A stretch of DNA of 64,000 nucleotides from Candidatus Methanomethylicaceae archaeon (GTDB lineage: Archaea; Thermoproteota; Methanomethylicia; Methanomethylicales; Methanomethylicaceae). The position numbers were made by a program, and so were the translations under genes. Shown here piece after piece: positions 53,519 to 62,979 of the stretch; position 1 is the stretch's first letter, and every line of letters starts with the position of its first letter. The notes under the pieces are model-generated. The model saw only the letters and a list, made by a program, of their open reading frames with translations. It was not told the DNA's origin and made no database searches. The DNA lies in contig JACTUC010000006.1 in NCBI GenBank assembly GCA_015660995.1, forward strand, positions 14,565 through 78,564, written 5' to 3'.

Positions 53519-54490
53519 ATGGCGGAATACTATTCTAGAGACGCCATAGTGAAACTCCTTTCCTCGAAGAAATGGATCTCCCCCCATAAGAAGGTCGTCG
53601 TGGCCGTGGACAAGAAGGCTGGAGTGGCGGAACTTATCGAGGATCACGCCAGAGGAACATGCCTCGGGGGATCGGCTTGGTCGCTCTACCACTATACGGA
53701 GAACAGCAAGTCTGTCTTCTGGTCAAAGAGAGAGGGCTCGCGCCTCTTCTATAAGCTGAAGCTGTCTGAAGAGAATGCTCCAAGTAAGTTGGAGGCGAGC
53801 TACCACCCAGCATCCATAGAGTCGATCCACTTGGATGGTGACAAGGTAAGGGTGACCTATTCTGGGCTCGCCGGAGCTGGCGTGGCAGCCCTCAGCAGAG
53901 GCTTGGCAGAGGGTGTTGAGGCAGTTGAAGTTCAGGAATGGGGGGGTGGGAAGAAACTGGGCAGAGCAACCATCATCCTCCCACTGAAGGAAAAGCTGAT
54001 AATCGGCGTTGACGACACAGACAAATCCGATGAGGGCGCCACCTGGTCCTTGGTTAACGAGATTGCCTTTGAGATCTCAAAATTGGAGGGGGTCGACTAT
54101 CTTGAGCATGCCATTGTACAGCTCTACCCACAGAATCCCTTCAAGACCCAGAACTGCGTCTCCCTCTCCGTCTCATTCGCCGTCCCTCCGTCCCTAAAAG
54201 AAGGGATAGTAGAAAGGTTCAAAGACGCCATTGGGGAAAGGACGTTCTCCAAGGAGACCGCCATGGCATACTTCAATGGTGTAATGATCAAGGAAGAACT
54301 GATGGCTTTCTCCAAAAGGGCAAAGTTGGAGATGGTGACCGTTGAAGACGCGGAAGAGGCAGCAGAAATGGCTGGCGTCTCGACTATTAAAATAACGGGT
54401 GCTAGGGGGCTAATAGGTGCAGTAGCCGCAATACCCTATGTTGAGTATCCCGACGAAGCCGTTCGCATCTCTGGCGATCAAGTTGTTTGA
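53519..54490 (+). CDS. Methanogenesis marker protein 11 (TiaS-kinase-like C-terminal half)
   Basis: W..P.KKV, GLAGAGV..RGLAEGV, GGGKKLGRA, IGVDDTD..EGATW, VQLYPQNPFKTQNCVS. Confidence 0.85.
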   Translation: MAEYYSRDAIVKLLSSKKWISPHKKVVVAVDKKAGVAELIEDHARGTCLGGSAWSLYHYTENSKSVFWSKREGSRLFYKLKLSEENAPSKLEASYHPASIESIHLDGDKVRVTYSGLAGAGVAALSRGLAEGVEAVEVQEWGGGKKLGRATIILPLKEKLIIGVDDTDKSDEGATWSLVNEIAFEISKLEGVDYLEHAIVQLYPQNPFKTQNCVSLSVSFAVPPSLKEGIVERFKDAIGERTFSKETAMAYFNGVMIKEELMAFSKRAKLEMVTVEDAEEAAEMAGVSTIKITGARGLIGAVAAIPYVEYPDEAVRISGDQVV

Positions 54491-55664
54491 CTTTATCGTC
54501 GTCGGTTCTGGGGCGGGGGGCGCAACTGTAGCCAAGGAACTCTCCGCAGCGGGAAAGAAGGTGCTGCTGCTTGAGAGGGGCATACAACTGCCACCACGAA
54601 AGTCCTCCAAAGCATACTCTATTCTGAAATCCGACGTGGAGGTCTGGCATACCCAATGCCTGGGCGGAACAACGGTGGTTACCATGGGCAACGCTGTCAG
54701 GAGCAAGCTCGATGGTTCACTTTCGCGTTATTACGCCGAGGCAGAGGAGGGGCTTGGGGTTATCCCGGTGCCGGAAGACCACTTGGGCATGGCAACCAAG
54801 TCACTGCTCTCCCTCTCAGATGAATGGGTCAGAATGCCCAAGGCTATAGACTTCAGTAAGTGTAGAGGCTGTGGGCACTGCTCCTCGGGGTGTCCGACAT
54901 CGGCCAGATGGGACGCCACAGCCTATATTCGGGAGGCTATCTCTAACAGCTGCAAGGTTTCTACCAGTGTCGACATAAAGAAAGTATTGATTAAGGGCAA
55001 TAGAGCGGTGGGCGTTGAAGCCTCTGACGGAAAAACCTTCGAAGCTGGCGGCGTAATCCTAGCTGCAGGAGCCATCGAAACGCCTAGGATCCTATCACGA
55101 TCAGGCATAATCTCGGCTGGGAAGGGGCTCTTCGTCGACACCTTCGTAACCATCGGGGGCTTTAAAAGAGGTGTTTCGATGGATCGGGAGCTCGGTATGG
55201 CTGCCTTTCTAAAGAGGGAAGGTTACCTGATATCACCTCATTACTCAAGTTTTCTACCCAATCTGATAGAAGAGAAAGGTGTGTCGCTCAAACCATCCGA
55301 CATATTGAGCCTAATGGTAAAGATTGAAGATGAGCCCATCGGCGAGGTTACCCCAAATGGCATTGTTAAAACCATATCACGGCGGGACTCTACCCTTTTG
55401 GAGAGTGGTAAGCGCGAAGCGATGGAGCTTCTAATCAAAGCCGGGGTAGACTCGGACACAGTTGTATCTGTACACCCAAGGGGCGCACACCCAGGCGGAA
55501 CCTGTTCCAATATGGTGAAATCGCCTTTGGAAGCTAGCACAGAGATTGACTCCCTGTACATCTCGGACGCGAGCATACTTCCCGGTCCATTTGGCCTGCC
55601 GCCAATGCTCACAATAATCGCAATTTCCAAGAGGATATCTGGCATACTACTTGGAAGAGCCTAG
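54483..55664 (+). CDS. GMC-family FAD oxidoreductase with CxxCxxCxxxC motif
   Basis: VGSGAGG, CRGCGHCSSGCP, LAAGAIETPRIL, HPGGT, DASILP..G.PP.LTI; TTG start overlaps the Mmp11 stop. Confidence 0.85.
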   Translation: MFDFIVVGSGAGGATVAKELSAAGKKVLLLERGIQLPPRKSSKAYSILKSDVEVWHTQCLGGTTVVTMGNAVRSKLDGSLSRYYAEAEEGLGVIPVPEDHLGMATKSLLSLSDEWVRMPKAIDFSKCRGCGHCSSGCPTSARWDATAYIREAISNSCKVSTSVDIKKVLIKGNRAVGVEASDGKTFEAGGVILAAGAIETPRILSRSGIISAGKGLFVDTFVTIGGFKRGVSMDRELGMAAFLKREGYLISPHYSSFLPNLIEEKGVSLKPSDILSLMVKIEDEPIGEVTPNGIVKTISRRDSTLLESGKREAMELLIKAGVDSDTVVSVHPRGAHPGGTCSNMVKSPLEASTEIDSLYISDASILPGPFGLPPMLTIIAISKRISGILLGRA

Positions 55665-56102
55665 CAGAAATTCCGATATAACTTCCGCAATTGTGCTGGG
55701 CTCCTCGACATACTTCTTAGGCTCCCAGGTTTTTACCTCCGCCAGTTTCTGCTCCAGCTCCTCAGGGCTCTGGCAGAATAATATGTAACCTTCCTTGCTG
55801 AGCTTTTCCGCAAGCTCGTGGTTCTCTACAACGCCCCGGTTCGGGACGGCGATGGCCTTCCTGTCCGCCTTTATTACCTCGAAGAGAGTGCCTGCCCCTG
55901 TGTGCGTTATGACGAGGTCAGAGGCCACGTAAAGCTCATTGAGATCCTTCCTGAACCTGAACCACTTGGCATTCTTCGGTTCATACTTACCATTACCGAT
56001 CTGCATCATTACATTAGTAAGAGCGCCTCTGCCAGCCAACTCGTCAACCTTCATGGCAAGTTCGTCAAAGGGGGCGACCGACCCTACAGTAACAAAGATC
56101 AT
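55647..56102 (-). CDS. Alg13/PssE-like glycosyltransferase subunit (GT28 C-terminal)
   Basis: MIFVTVGS..FDEL, QIG, VITHTGAGT, VPN. Confidence 0.88.
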   Translation of the reverse strand: MIFVTVGSVAPFDELAMKVDELAGRGALTNVMMQIGNGKYEPKNAKWFRFRKDLNELYVASDLVITHTGAGTLFEVIKADRKAIAVPNRGVVENHELAEKLSKEGYILFCQSPEELEQKLAEVKTWEPKKYVEEPSTIAEVISEFLLGSSK

Positions 56103-56575
56103 GCAAGTCTCCCCGCATAGATAGCCTTTGGATAGACTGCCTTCAGCTCAGGCCACTGGATAAAGAACAGGTCCGAGAACCTGTAGATGATCTTGCCGGA
56201 CGTGGAGGCCTTGGAGACCCTCGAATAGTCCTCAACGAATATCACCTTCTTCCCTAAGAACTTCCCGAGCACAGAAAAGGGGACAGCCATTCCAGGACCT
56301 GCGCTAACGATAGCGGCTGGCTCGGCCTTGCGAATCACCCGCCAAGCCTCTCCAAAGAGCCTAAGAACTTTCCCAATGGCCACAAGGATATTGTCACCAT
56401 GCTCCCTCGCCTTATGTGCGTAGTATACTTGCCCTGCCTTCTCGATCTTCTCGGCTGAGAGCTGGTCTTCCTTCGAGACCACGTAGACATACTCGAACCT
56501 GTCTCCGAGCAGACTGACAAGCTTCAGCATATTGGTTGTGTGCCCGCCGCTGCTGAGTATGACAAGTAACTTCAA
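56099..56575 (-). CDS. Alg14/PssD-like glycosyltransferase subunit
   Basis: SSGGHT, SAGPGMAVP, IFVED.SR..S.SGK, FIQWP. Confidence 0.88.
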   Translation of the reverse strand: MKLLVILSSGGHTTNMLKLVSLLGDRFEYVYVVSKEDQLSAEKIEKAGQVYYAHKAREHGDNILVAIGKVLRLFGEAWRVIRKAEPAAIVSAGPGMAVPFSVLGKFLGKKVIFVEDYSRVSKASTSGKIIYRFSDLFFIQWPELKAVYPKAIYAGRLA

Positions 56576-56581
56576 GACAGT

Positions 56582-57682
56582 TCACTGGTACTTCTTGATT
56601 ATCTCCAGCATCTTCTCCAAATCGTTTGCCATGACAAGGGGGTTCACCGGAAGCGAAAGAACAGTCTCTGCTGCTCTCTCTGTTTCTGGCAGATCCAGCT
56701 TGTCGTAACCTTGATCGGCGTAGTATGGGGTTCTGTGCACAGGAATGGGATAGTAGATCGCAACCCCGAACCCTGCTTCGGTCAGCTTCTGTCTAAGTCC
56801 CTCCCTCTCCTTGTTAGAGTTGCACCTGATCGTGTAGAGGTACCAGTTGTGCTTCATACCCTCCGGAACAAGGGGTGGTACAACCTTGGTTCCTGCAAGC
56901 TCCTCTGTCAGGACCTTCGCATTCTCTGCCCTCTTGGCCAGGAAACCTGGCAGCTTCTTGAGCTGCACCCTCCCCAGCGCCGCCTCGATCTCCGGCATCC
57001 TGAAATTGCCGCCGAGCATAACCGAGTCGTAGCCCTTTATTTGCCCGTGGGTCCTCGTCCGCCTAAGCCTCTCAGCCAGAGCGTCATCGTCGGTGATTAC
57101 TGCCCCGCCCTCCCCGGTCGTCATGACCTTCCCCGGGTAGAAGCTGAAGCAACCCATGTTACCCAAGGTACCAGCCATCCTTCCGCCACTCGATGCGCCC
57201 TGCGCTTGGCAGGCGTCCTCAATTACTGAAATGCCCTTGTCCTCTGCTATCTCGCCTATGGCATCAATGTGGGCTGGCAATCCGTAGAGATCTACCGGGA
57301 TGACCGCCTTCGTTTTTCTTGTTATAGCCTTCTTGAATGCGTCTGGGCTCATATTGTAAGTACCCGGGTCGATATCGACGAATACTGGCTTTGCCCCCTT
57401 GATCATGACCGCGCTTGCGGTTGCTATGAACGTGAACGAAGGCACTATCACCTCGTCTCCGGGACCGACTCCAACAACAAGCAGCGAAAGATAAAGAGCA
57501 GCTGTACCTGAGTTGACCGCGACAGCATGCTTTGCCCTCGTGTAGGATTCAAGCTCTGCCTCGAATGCCCTCAGGTTCGGTCCCCCCTCGGGCATTGGAT
57601 TTGTGAGAATCCCACTCTGTAAGACTTTGAGAACAGCGTCCGCCTCTTCCTTCCCCAAAAGTGGCTTGTTAATCGGTATCAT
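56582..57682 (-). CDS. DegT/DnrJ/EryC1 sugar aminotransferase (WbpE/GnnB-like)
   Basis: NSGTAAL, EDACQA, FSFYPGKVMTTGEGG. Confidence 0.92.
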   Translation of the reverse strand: MIPINKPLLGKEEADAVLKVLQSGILTNPMPEGGPNLRAFEAELESYTRAKHAVAVNSGTAALYLSLLVVGVGPGDEVIVPSFTFIATASAVMIKGAKPVFVDIDPGTYNMSPDAFKKAITRKTKAVIPVDLYGLPAHIDAIGEIAEDKGISVIEDACQAQGASSGGRMAGTLGNMGCFSFYPGKVMTTGEGGAVITDDDALAERLRRTRTHGQIKGYDSVMLGGNFRMPEIEAALGRVQLKKLPGFLAKRAENAKVLTEELAGTKVVPPLVPEGMKHNWYLYTIRCNSNKEREGLRQKLTEAGFGVAIYYPIPVHRTPYYADQGYDKLDLPETERAAETVLSLPVNPLVMANDLEKMLEIIKKYQ

Positions 57683-57740
57683 TTGCTCTCACTACACAGA
57701 GTATTCTGTAACTAAATAAAATAGAATTTGCTCTTGGAGA

Positions 57741-58436
57741 TCAAGTCTGCGCCAGGTAGTCCTTCTGTTTCCTATCGTACTCTTCCCTGCTCATCACTGG
57801 CTTGGCTGGCACCCCGACAACCACCGTTCTTGGCTTTACATCCTTGGTGACCACTGCGCCAGCGCCAATCAGTGCGCCCTCGCCGATTTTTATGCCCGCT
57901 ATGAGTACTGCCCTGCAGCCCACCGCCGCATTGTCTCCAATCGTCACGCCGGAGACCTTTGGAGTAGGTGGGTACCTGTCGTTGGTTACCGTGACGTAGG
58001 GGCCCATGAAGATATTCGAGCCGATCTTGGTGCCTGGCGGTATGTAAACCCCAGTTTGTATGTTGTTCCTGCCGCCTATCTGCACATTGCCATCAATAAC
58101 TGAATGTGTGCCAATCCTCGTTCCCTCGCCAACGATCGTCTTCTCCCTAATGAGCACACCGTGGCCCGTCTCAACGCCCTTGGAAAGCTTGGAACCCTCA
58201 TAGATTATTGATCCAGACCTTATGATGCACCCTTCGCCGATCTCGACGCCCTCGCTGACCTTGTCATACTGCTCAAAAGACGCTTTGCTGCCAAGGTCGA
58301 TGACCTTCCGCCTGGTCGGATATCCCACGATTACCCCTTCGCCGATTACTGTGGTCTTACCGATCCTTGTAGCCCCGAGTATCTTCGCTTCCCCTTCAAG
58401 TATGCCTTCAATCCTTGCCTTTTTAGATATGAACAT
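57741..58436 (-). CDS. Hexapeptide-repeat N-acetyltransferase (WbpD-like)
   Basis: IG-x hexapeptide repeats, TNDRYP, GAGAVVTKDV..VVGVPAK. Confidence 0.88.
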   Translation of the reverse strand: MFISKKARIEGILEGEAKILGATRIGKTTVIGEGVIVGYPTRRKVIDLGSKASFEQYDKVSEGVEIGEGCIIRSGSIIYEGSKLSKGVETGHGVLIREKTIVGEGTRIGTHSVIDGNVQIGGRNNIQTGVYIPPGTKIGSNIFMGPYVTVTNDRYPPTPKVSGVTIGDNAAVGCRAVLIAGIKIGEGALIGAGAVVTKDVKPRTVVVGVPAKPVMSREEYDRKQKDYLAQT

Positions 58437-58510
58437 TGCAGGTCACCATTTTAAGATTCTAACCCAACTCTGTCTCTCTACAACCTTCGGGTAATTATCT
58501 TTAATGTTCT

Positions 58511-59419
58511 TTATTGTCCTCCCTCCCTCAGTGCTTTAAGCGCAACCTCCAAATTCCTCATGCCCTCCACGCCGTCGACTATGGGCTTCTTCTTATGAAC
58601 CACACACTCAACAAAATGCTCGAGCTCTACCTTAAGGGGTTCGCGCTTGTTCACCTCTACCATGCGCTTCGTTGTACCGGTAAGTACCTCCAAGGTCTGA
58701 TCGATGTAATTCAGGTTGGCAAGTCCTCCGGTTGCAGTGGCAACGAGCGTCCTGATCTTGATAGGAGTAAACCAGTTAACCTCGATGTTGGCTATGCCAT
58801 CGCCGAAATCCAGTAGCAGTACAGCATAATCCTCATTGGGCAGCTTGTTGTTCCCGTATTTCGCACACACCCTCTCGGGCTCCCTGCCAAACAAGAATCT
58901 TGTAACATCAATATCATGGGTAGCAGAATCGATGATTATCCCCACGTCCCTTATCCTGGGAGGAATCGGCCCGACTCTCCTGGTGGAGACTACCAGCAGT
59001 TTCCCCAGTTCCTGGCTGTCCAATATTTCCTTGAATTTGAGTACCGCCGGATTGAACCTCTCTATGTGTCCAACCATGAGGATGGCTCCGGACTTCTCTG
59101 CCTCTGCGATAATTTCTTTCGCCGCCTCTACAGTTGGCGCAATGGGCTTCTCTACGAAGCAGCTTATCCCCTTCCTCAAGAATTTAATTGCAACCTCTCT
59201 ATGAAGCGACGTGGGGACGACGATGCTAACGGCATCTGGCTTCAGGCTCAGCATCTCCTCGATTGAGCTGACGACCTTCGTGTGGTACTTCCCTGCTATC
59301 TCCCTGGCACGTGCCAGGTCTGTATCCATGACGCCTATGAGCTCGCATCCACTCATCTCGGAATAAACCCTAGCGTGGTGCTCTCCCATCACGCCAACTC
59401 CGACAACTCCTGCTTTCAT
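58511..59419 (-). CDS. Gfo/Idh/MocA UDP-sugar 3-dehydrogenase (WbpB/GnnA-like)
   Basis: GVVGVGVMG..HAR, VEKP, VGHIERFNPA, D.ATHDID; start at MKAG. Confidence 0.88.
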   Translation of the reverse strand: MKAGVVGVGVMGEHHARVYSEMSGCELIGVMDTDLARAREIAGKYHTKVVSSIEEMLSLKPDAVSIVVPTSLHREVAIKFLRKGISCFVEKPIAPTVEAAKEIIAEAEKSGAILMVGHIERFNPAVLKFKEILDSQELGKLLVVSTRRVGPIPPRIRDVGIIIDSATHDIDVTRFLFGREPERVCAKYGNNKLPNEDYAVLLLDFGDGIANIEVNWFTPIKIRTLVATATGGLANLNYIDQTLEVLTGTTKRMVEVNKREPLKVELEHFVECVVHKKKPIVDGVEGMRNLEVALKALREGGQ

Positions 59420-59505
59420 TGTCCTCTCCTTTACTCGGCTATGGTCGTATAAACTTAAATATACTCTTTTCCTATTTCTCGACAATAGTCATGGGCGGCT
59501 AAAAG

Positions 59506-60498
59506 ATGAATTTGTGGTTACTGCTTGCCTTCCCTCTTGCCTTCTCTATCACACTTTGGTTTATCCTAAAGTGGATAAAGGTTGCAAAGCGCTCCAACAT
59601 AATGGGCAAGGACATGAACAAAGTGGGTGGTCCGCTTGTTCCAGAAATGGGGGGCATACCTGTTCTGGCCGGCATCCTCAGCGGGTTCCTGTTCTATATT
59701 GCAATCAATACATTCATCCTAAGCCAGGAGATCTACAACGTATATGTCCTGGCAGGCATGGCAACAGCACTGATAATCTTCATTGTTGGCATCCTGGATG
59801 ACCTGCTCGGATGGAAGATCGGCCTCTCGAAGATCGAAAAGCCCCTGCTGACAATTCCGGCTGCCATACCCATGATGGTCATAAACGCTGGCCATTCATT
59901 GATCAATCTTCCCTTCATTGGAAACGTAGACCTGGGCATCCTCTACCCGCTTCTCATCGTCCCCATAGGGATCGTGATTGCAGCGAACGCCTACAATATG
60001 CTGGCAGGCTACAACGGTCTCGAATGCGGCATGGGCATAATAATGTTCTCGGCAATAACCATAGTTTGTTACTTCACTGGCAGTGCTTGGGTTGCACTTT
60101 TGGGCGGAATAATGATCTCAGCACTTGCAGCTTTCATGATATTCAACTGGTACCCGGCCAAGATCTTCCCAGGTAACGCATTTACCTACATGGTCGGTGC
60201 AATGGTCGCCGTGCTGGTCTTCTTCGGCAACGTCGAAAAGCTGGCCCTCATCCTCTTCATACCCTATTATCTTGACTTCATTTTGCCCCTGAGAAAGAAG
60301 ATGAACGTTGAGGCTTACGCAAAGGTTAATCCCGATGGCAGCCTAGACCTGCCCTACGACGGGATATACGATCTCACTCACCTCTCAATAAAAATCCTGA
60401 GCAAATTGAAGAAGAAGGTCTACGAGAACGAAGTTGTGGCGCTGATCTTAGCAATGGAAGTGATCATTGCCATTCTCGGCATCGCGTTATACCTTTAA
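59506..60498 (+). CDS. aglH: UDP-GlcNAc:dolichol-phosphate GlcNAc-1-P transferase (AglH/Alg7-like)
   Basis: GKDMNK..VPEMGG, GILDD, ANAYNMLAGYNGLE, FNWYPAKIFPGN. Confidence 0.85.
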   Translation: MNLWLLLAFPLAFSITLWFILKWIKVAKRSNIMGKDMNKVGGPLVPEMGGIPVLAGILSGFLFYIAINTFILSQEIYNVYVLAGMATALIIFIVGILDDLLGWKIGLSKIEKPLLTIPAAIPMMVINAGHSLINLPFIGNVDLGILYPLLIVPIGIVIAANAYNMLAGYNGLECGMGIIMFSAITIVCYFTGSAWVALLGGIMISALAAFMIFNWYPAKIFPGNAFTYMVGAMVAVLVFFGNVEKLALILFIPYYLDFILPLRKKMNVEAYAKVNPDGSLDLPYDGIYDLTHLSIKILSKLKKKVYENEVVALILAMEVIIAILGIALYL

Positions 60499-60601
60499 GA
60501 CGTCAAAAATGCTGTCAGGAAAGGCATAACCAGCAATCATTAAATGACAGTTAAATATGGACTCCGCAGATATTTATTCAAAGTAATTGGGTGCGTTCGC
60601 G

Positions 60602-61711
60602 ATGCCATTAAAGAAGGTTGCCGTTAAGCCTAACACTATGACGATTGCTTCTGTAGTGGGGGCGCGCCCTAACTTCATAAAACTGGCAGCGATGGCTGCT
60701 GCTGTTTCGGAAGAAAAGATTAGCCACGTCATTATTCATACGGGTCAGCACTACGATTTTGAGATGTCCCAGGTGTTCTTTGAGGGGATGGCCCTTCCAA
60801 AGCCTGATTACAACCTTGAAGTCGGCTCTGGCACGCAAGGCGCGCAGCTGGGTGAGATGACCAAACGCTGCGAGGCCGCTCTGCTGAAGGTAAAGCCTCA
60901 TTTGGTTCTGGTTTATGGTGATACCAACTCCACCCTTGCGGGCGGTCTGGCGGCATCGAAAAACAATATCCCCTTGGGTCACATCGAAGCGGGTCTGAGG
61001 AGCTTCGACATGAGGATGCAGGAGGAGAAGAACAGGGTCCTGGTCGACCACATCTCAGACTATCTCTTCTGCCCGACCCAGACTGCGATGGAGAATTTGA
61101 AGAGAGAGGGTCTGGCTACAAAATCTTACATGACCGGCGATGTGATGGTGGACTCTATGGTGAAGTTCTCACCGCCCCAGAAGCTCATAGACTCCAAACT
61201 AGGCAAGCTCGGCCTTAAGAAGAAGGGGTACGTACTTACCACTATCCACCGGGCTGAGAACACAGACTCCATTGAGAGGCTCTCGCGAATAATAACTGCA
61301 CTGAACGACCTCTCCAAGGAAATACCCATTGTATTCCCAATGCACCCGAGGACAGAAGGCTTTCTGAAGAAATACGGCCTTCTGGATAAGATCTCCAACT
61401 TGGTGGTAACCAAACCCCAGGGCTACCTGGAGTTTCTTGCGCTTGAAAAATACGCAAAGAGGATAGTCACCGATTCTGGGGGGGTCCAGAAGGAAGCCTA
61501 CATCCTCGGAGTCCCGTGCATCACCCTAAGGGAGAGTACCGAGTGGGTAGAGACAGTTAAGGACGGCTGGAACGTTCTTGTTGGCGCTGACAGGAAAAAG
61601 ATGTTCGATCAAACGTTAGGTTTCAAACCGCCAAAAACTGGATCGAACCTCTTTGGAGACGGCCACGCGGCTGAGCGGATTTTAGCCATAATCAGGAAGG
61701 ATACCCGGTGA
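60602..61711 (+). CDS. wecB: UDP-GlcNAc 2-epimerase (non-hydrolysing; WecB/WbpI-like)
   Basis: GARPNFIK, HTGQHYD, GDTNS, HIEAGLRS, TDSGGVQKEA; start uncertain. Confidence 0.92.
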   Translation: MPLKKVAVKPNTMTIASVVGARPNFIKLAAMAAAVSEEKISHVIIHTGQHYDFEMSQVFFEGMALPKPDYNLEVGSGTQGAQLGEMTKRCEAALLKVKPHLVLVYGDTNSTLAGGLAASKNNIPLGHIEAGLRSFDMRMQEEKNRVLVDHISDYLFCPTQTAMENLKREGLATKSYMTGDVMVDSMVKFSPPQKLIDSKLGKLGLKKKGYVLTTIHRAENTDSIERLSRIITALNDLSKEIPIVFPMHPRTEGFLKKYGLLDKISNLVVTKPQGYLEFLALEKYAKRIVTDSGGVQKEAYILGVPCITLRESTEWVETVKDGWNVLVGADRKKMFDQTLGFKPPKTGSNLFGDGHAAERILAIIRKDTR

Positions 61712-62889
61712 AACGCGTCTGCTTGGTTGTCCTCGATGATGTGGTTAAGGATGCAAGGGTACTCAAGCTGAAAGACGCGCTAGCCAAAGAGTACGACTTG
61801 AAGATTGTAGGCATAACCGAAGCCGCTGGTGAAAATCCCCCTGGAATAATCCTCGCCCGATCCTTTTGGTTCAGCCAGCTTGTTAAGGTAAAGAACTACA
61901 TGAAAACTCGAACGGACACTGCCGCAAAAGGTGGCACTGCTAATCAAGGCTTTTCATTCATGGGCCTAATCCGTGACCTCTTTCGCCATTTCTACTTTAC
62001 AGCTGGCTCGAGGGCGATCTATAAGGAACTGAAGAAGATTGATTCAGATGTCTACCACGCCAATGATCTGGATGTGCTTGGTCCCTGTGCCCGCGTGGCA
62101 AAAGCGAAGGGGGCAAAGTTGGTCTATGACTCACACGAACTCTACCTCGAAATGGGCCTCTTCAGGACCGACTACATGCAAAAGAGATATTTAGCGATGG
62201 AAGGCAGGCTGATTAAAAAAGCTGACAAGGTCATAACCGTCAACCGCTTTATAGCAGAAGAACTGGCGAGACGTTATGGTGTGCCCACCCCTGAGGTCAT
62301 CCACAACTACCCCGAGCCATGCAATAGCGTTCCCCCAAAAAGAGGTGATACAACCATCAGGGTTCTCTACCAAGGTGCCTACGGCCCTGGCAGAGGCCTC
62401 GATGAACTTGTTAAATCAGCCAAGATTCTACCTGAGGGTTACCAGATATATCTCAGGGGTGTGGGGGCTTATGGAAAGATACTTGAGCAGCTAGCTCAGA
62501 ATACGGGTTCACTAGACAAGAACGTCTTCTTCCTGCAACCTCTTCCCCCCAACGAACTAATCGAGAAAGCAACCTTCGCCGACGTAGGCATCACCTTCAA
62601 CATCCCCTACTGTCTGAACAACTACTTCGCATCACCAAACAAGGTGTTCGAATACCTCAGCGCGGGGCTAGCAGTAATAAGCAATAAGATTCCATTCCTC
62701 GAGGAGGTAATCGGGGGGCGTTCTGGGGTACTAATTGACGAAGTGACAACGCAATCAGTTGCAGGGGCGATTGTGCAGTTCACATCCTCTAATATCATGA
62801 ACTACCGGGTTGCTGCGTATGAATCTTCAAAAAAATACGTATGGGAAAAAGAAAAACTGCTTGGTGTTTACCGATCTTTGTTTGGCTGA
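61708..62889 (+). CDS. GT4 family glycosyltransferase
   Basis: DARV.K, HAND, YDSHE, RGLDEL, SPNKVFEY..AGL. Confidence 0.9.
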   Translation: MKRVCLVVLDDVVKDARVLKLKDALAKEYDLKIVGITEAAGENPPGIILARSFWFSQLVKVKNYMKTRTDTAAKGGTANQGFSFMGLIRDLFRHFYFTAGSRAIYKELKKIDSDVYHANDLDVLGPCARVAKAKGAKLVYDSHELYLEMGLFRTDYMQKRYLAMEGRLIKKADKVITVNRFIAEELARRYGVPTPEVIHNYPEPCNSVPPKRGDTTIRVLYQGAYGPGRGLDELVKSAKILPEGYQIYLRGVGAYGKILEQLAQNTGSLDKNVFFLQPLPPNELIEKATFADVGITFNIPYCLNNYFASPNKVFEYLSAGLAVISNKIPFLEEVIGGRSGVLIDEVTTQSVAGAIVQFTSSNIMNYRVAAYESSKKYVWEKEKLLGVYRSLFG

Positions 62890-62979
62890 ATTAAATCATA
62901 TCCAAATAGGCAGATCTTCAATAGAAGAAAAAATATTACTTTTAGGTATGCGTGATATCTGGGGAATAATGGAAATCAT

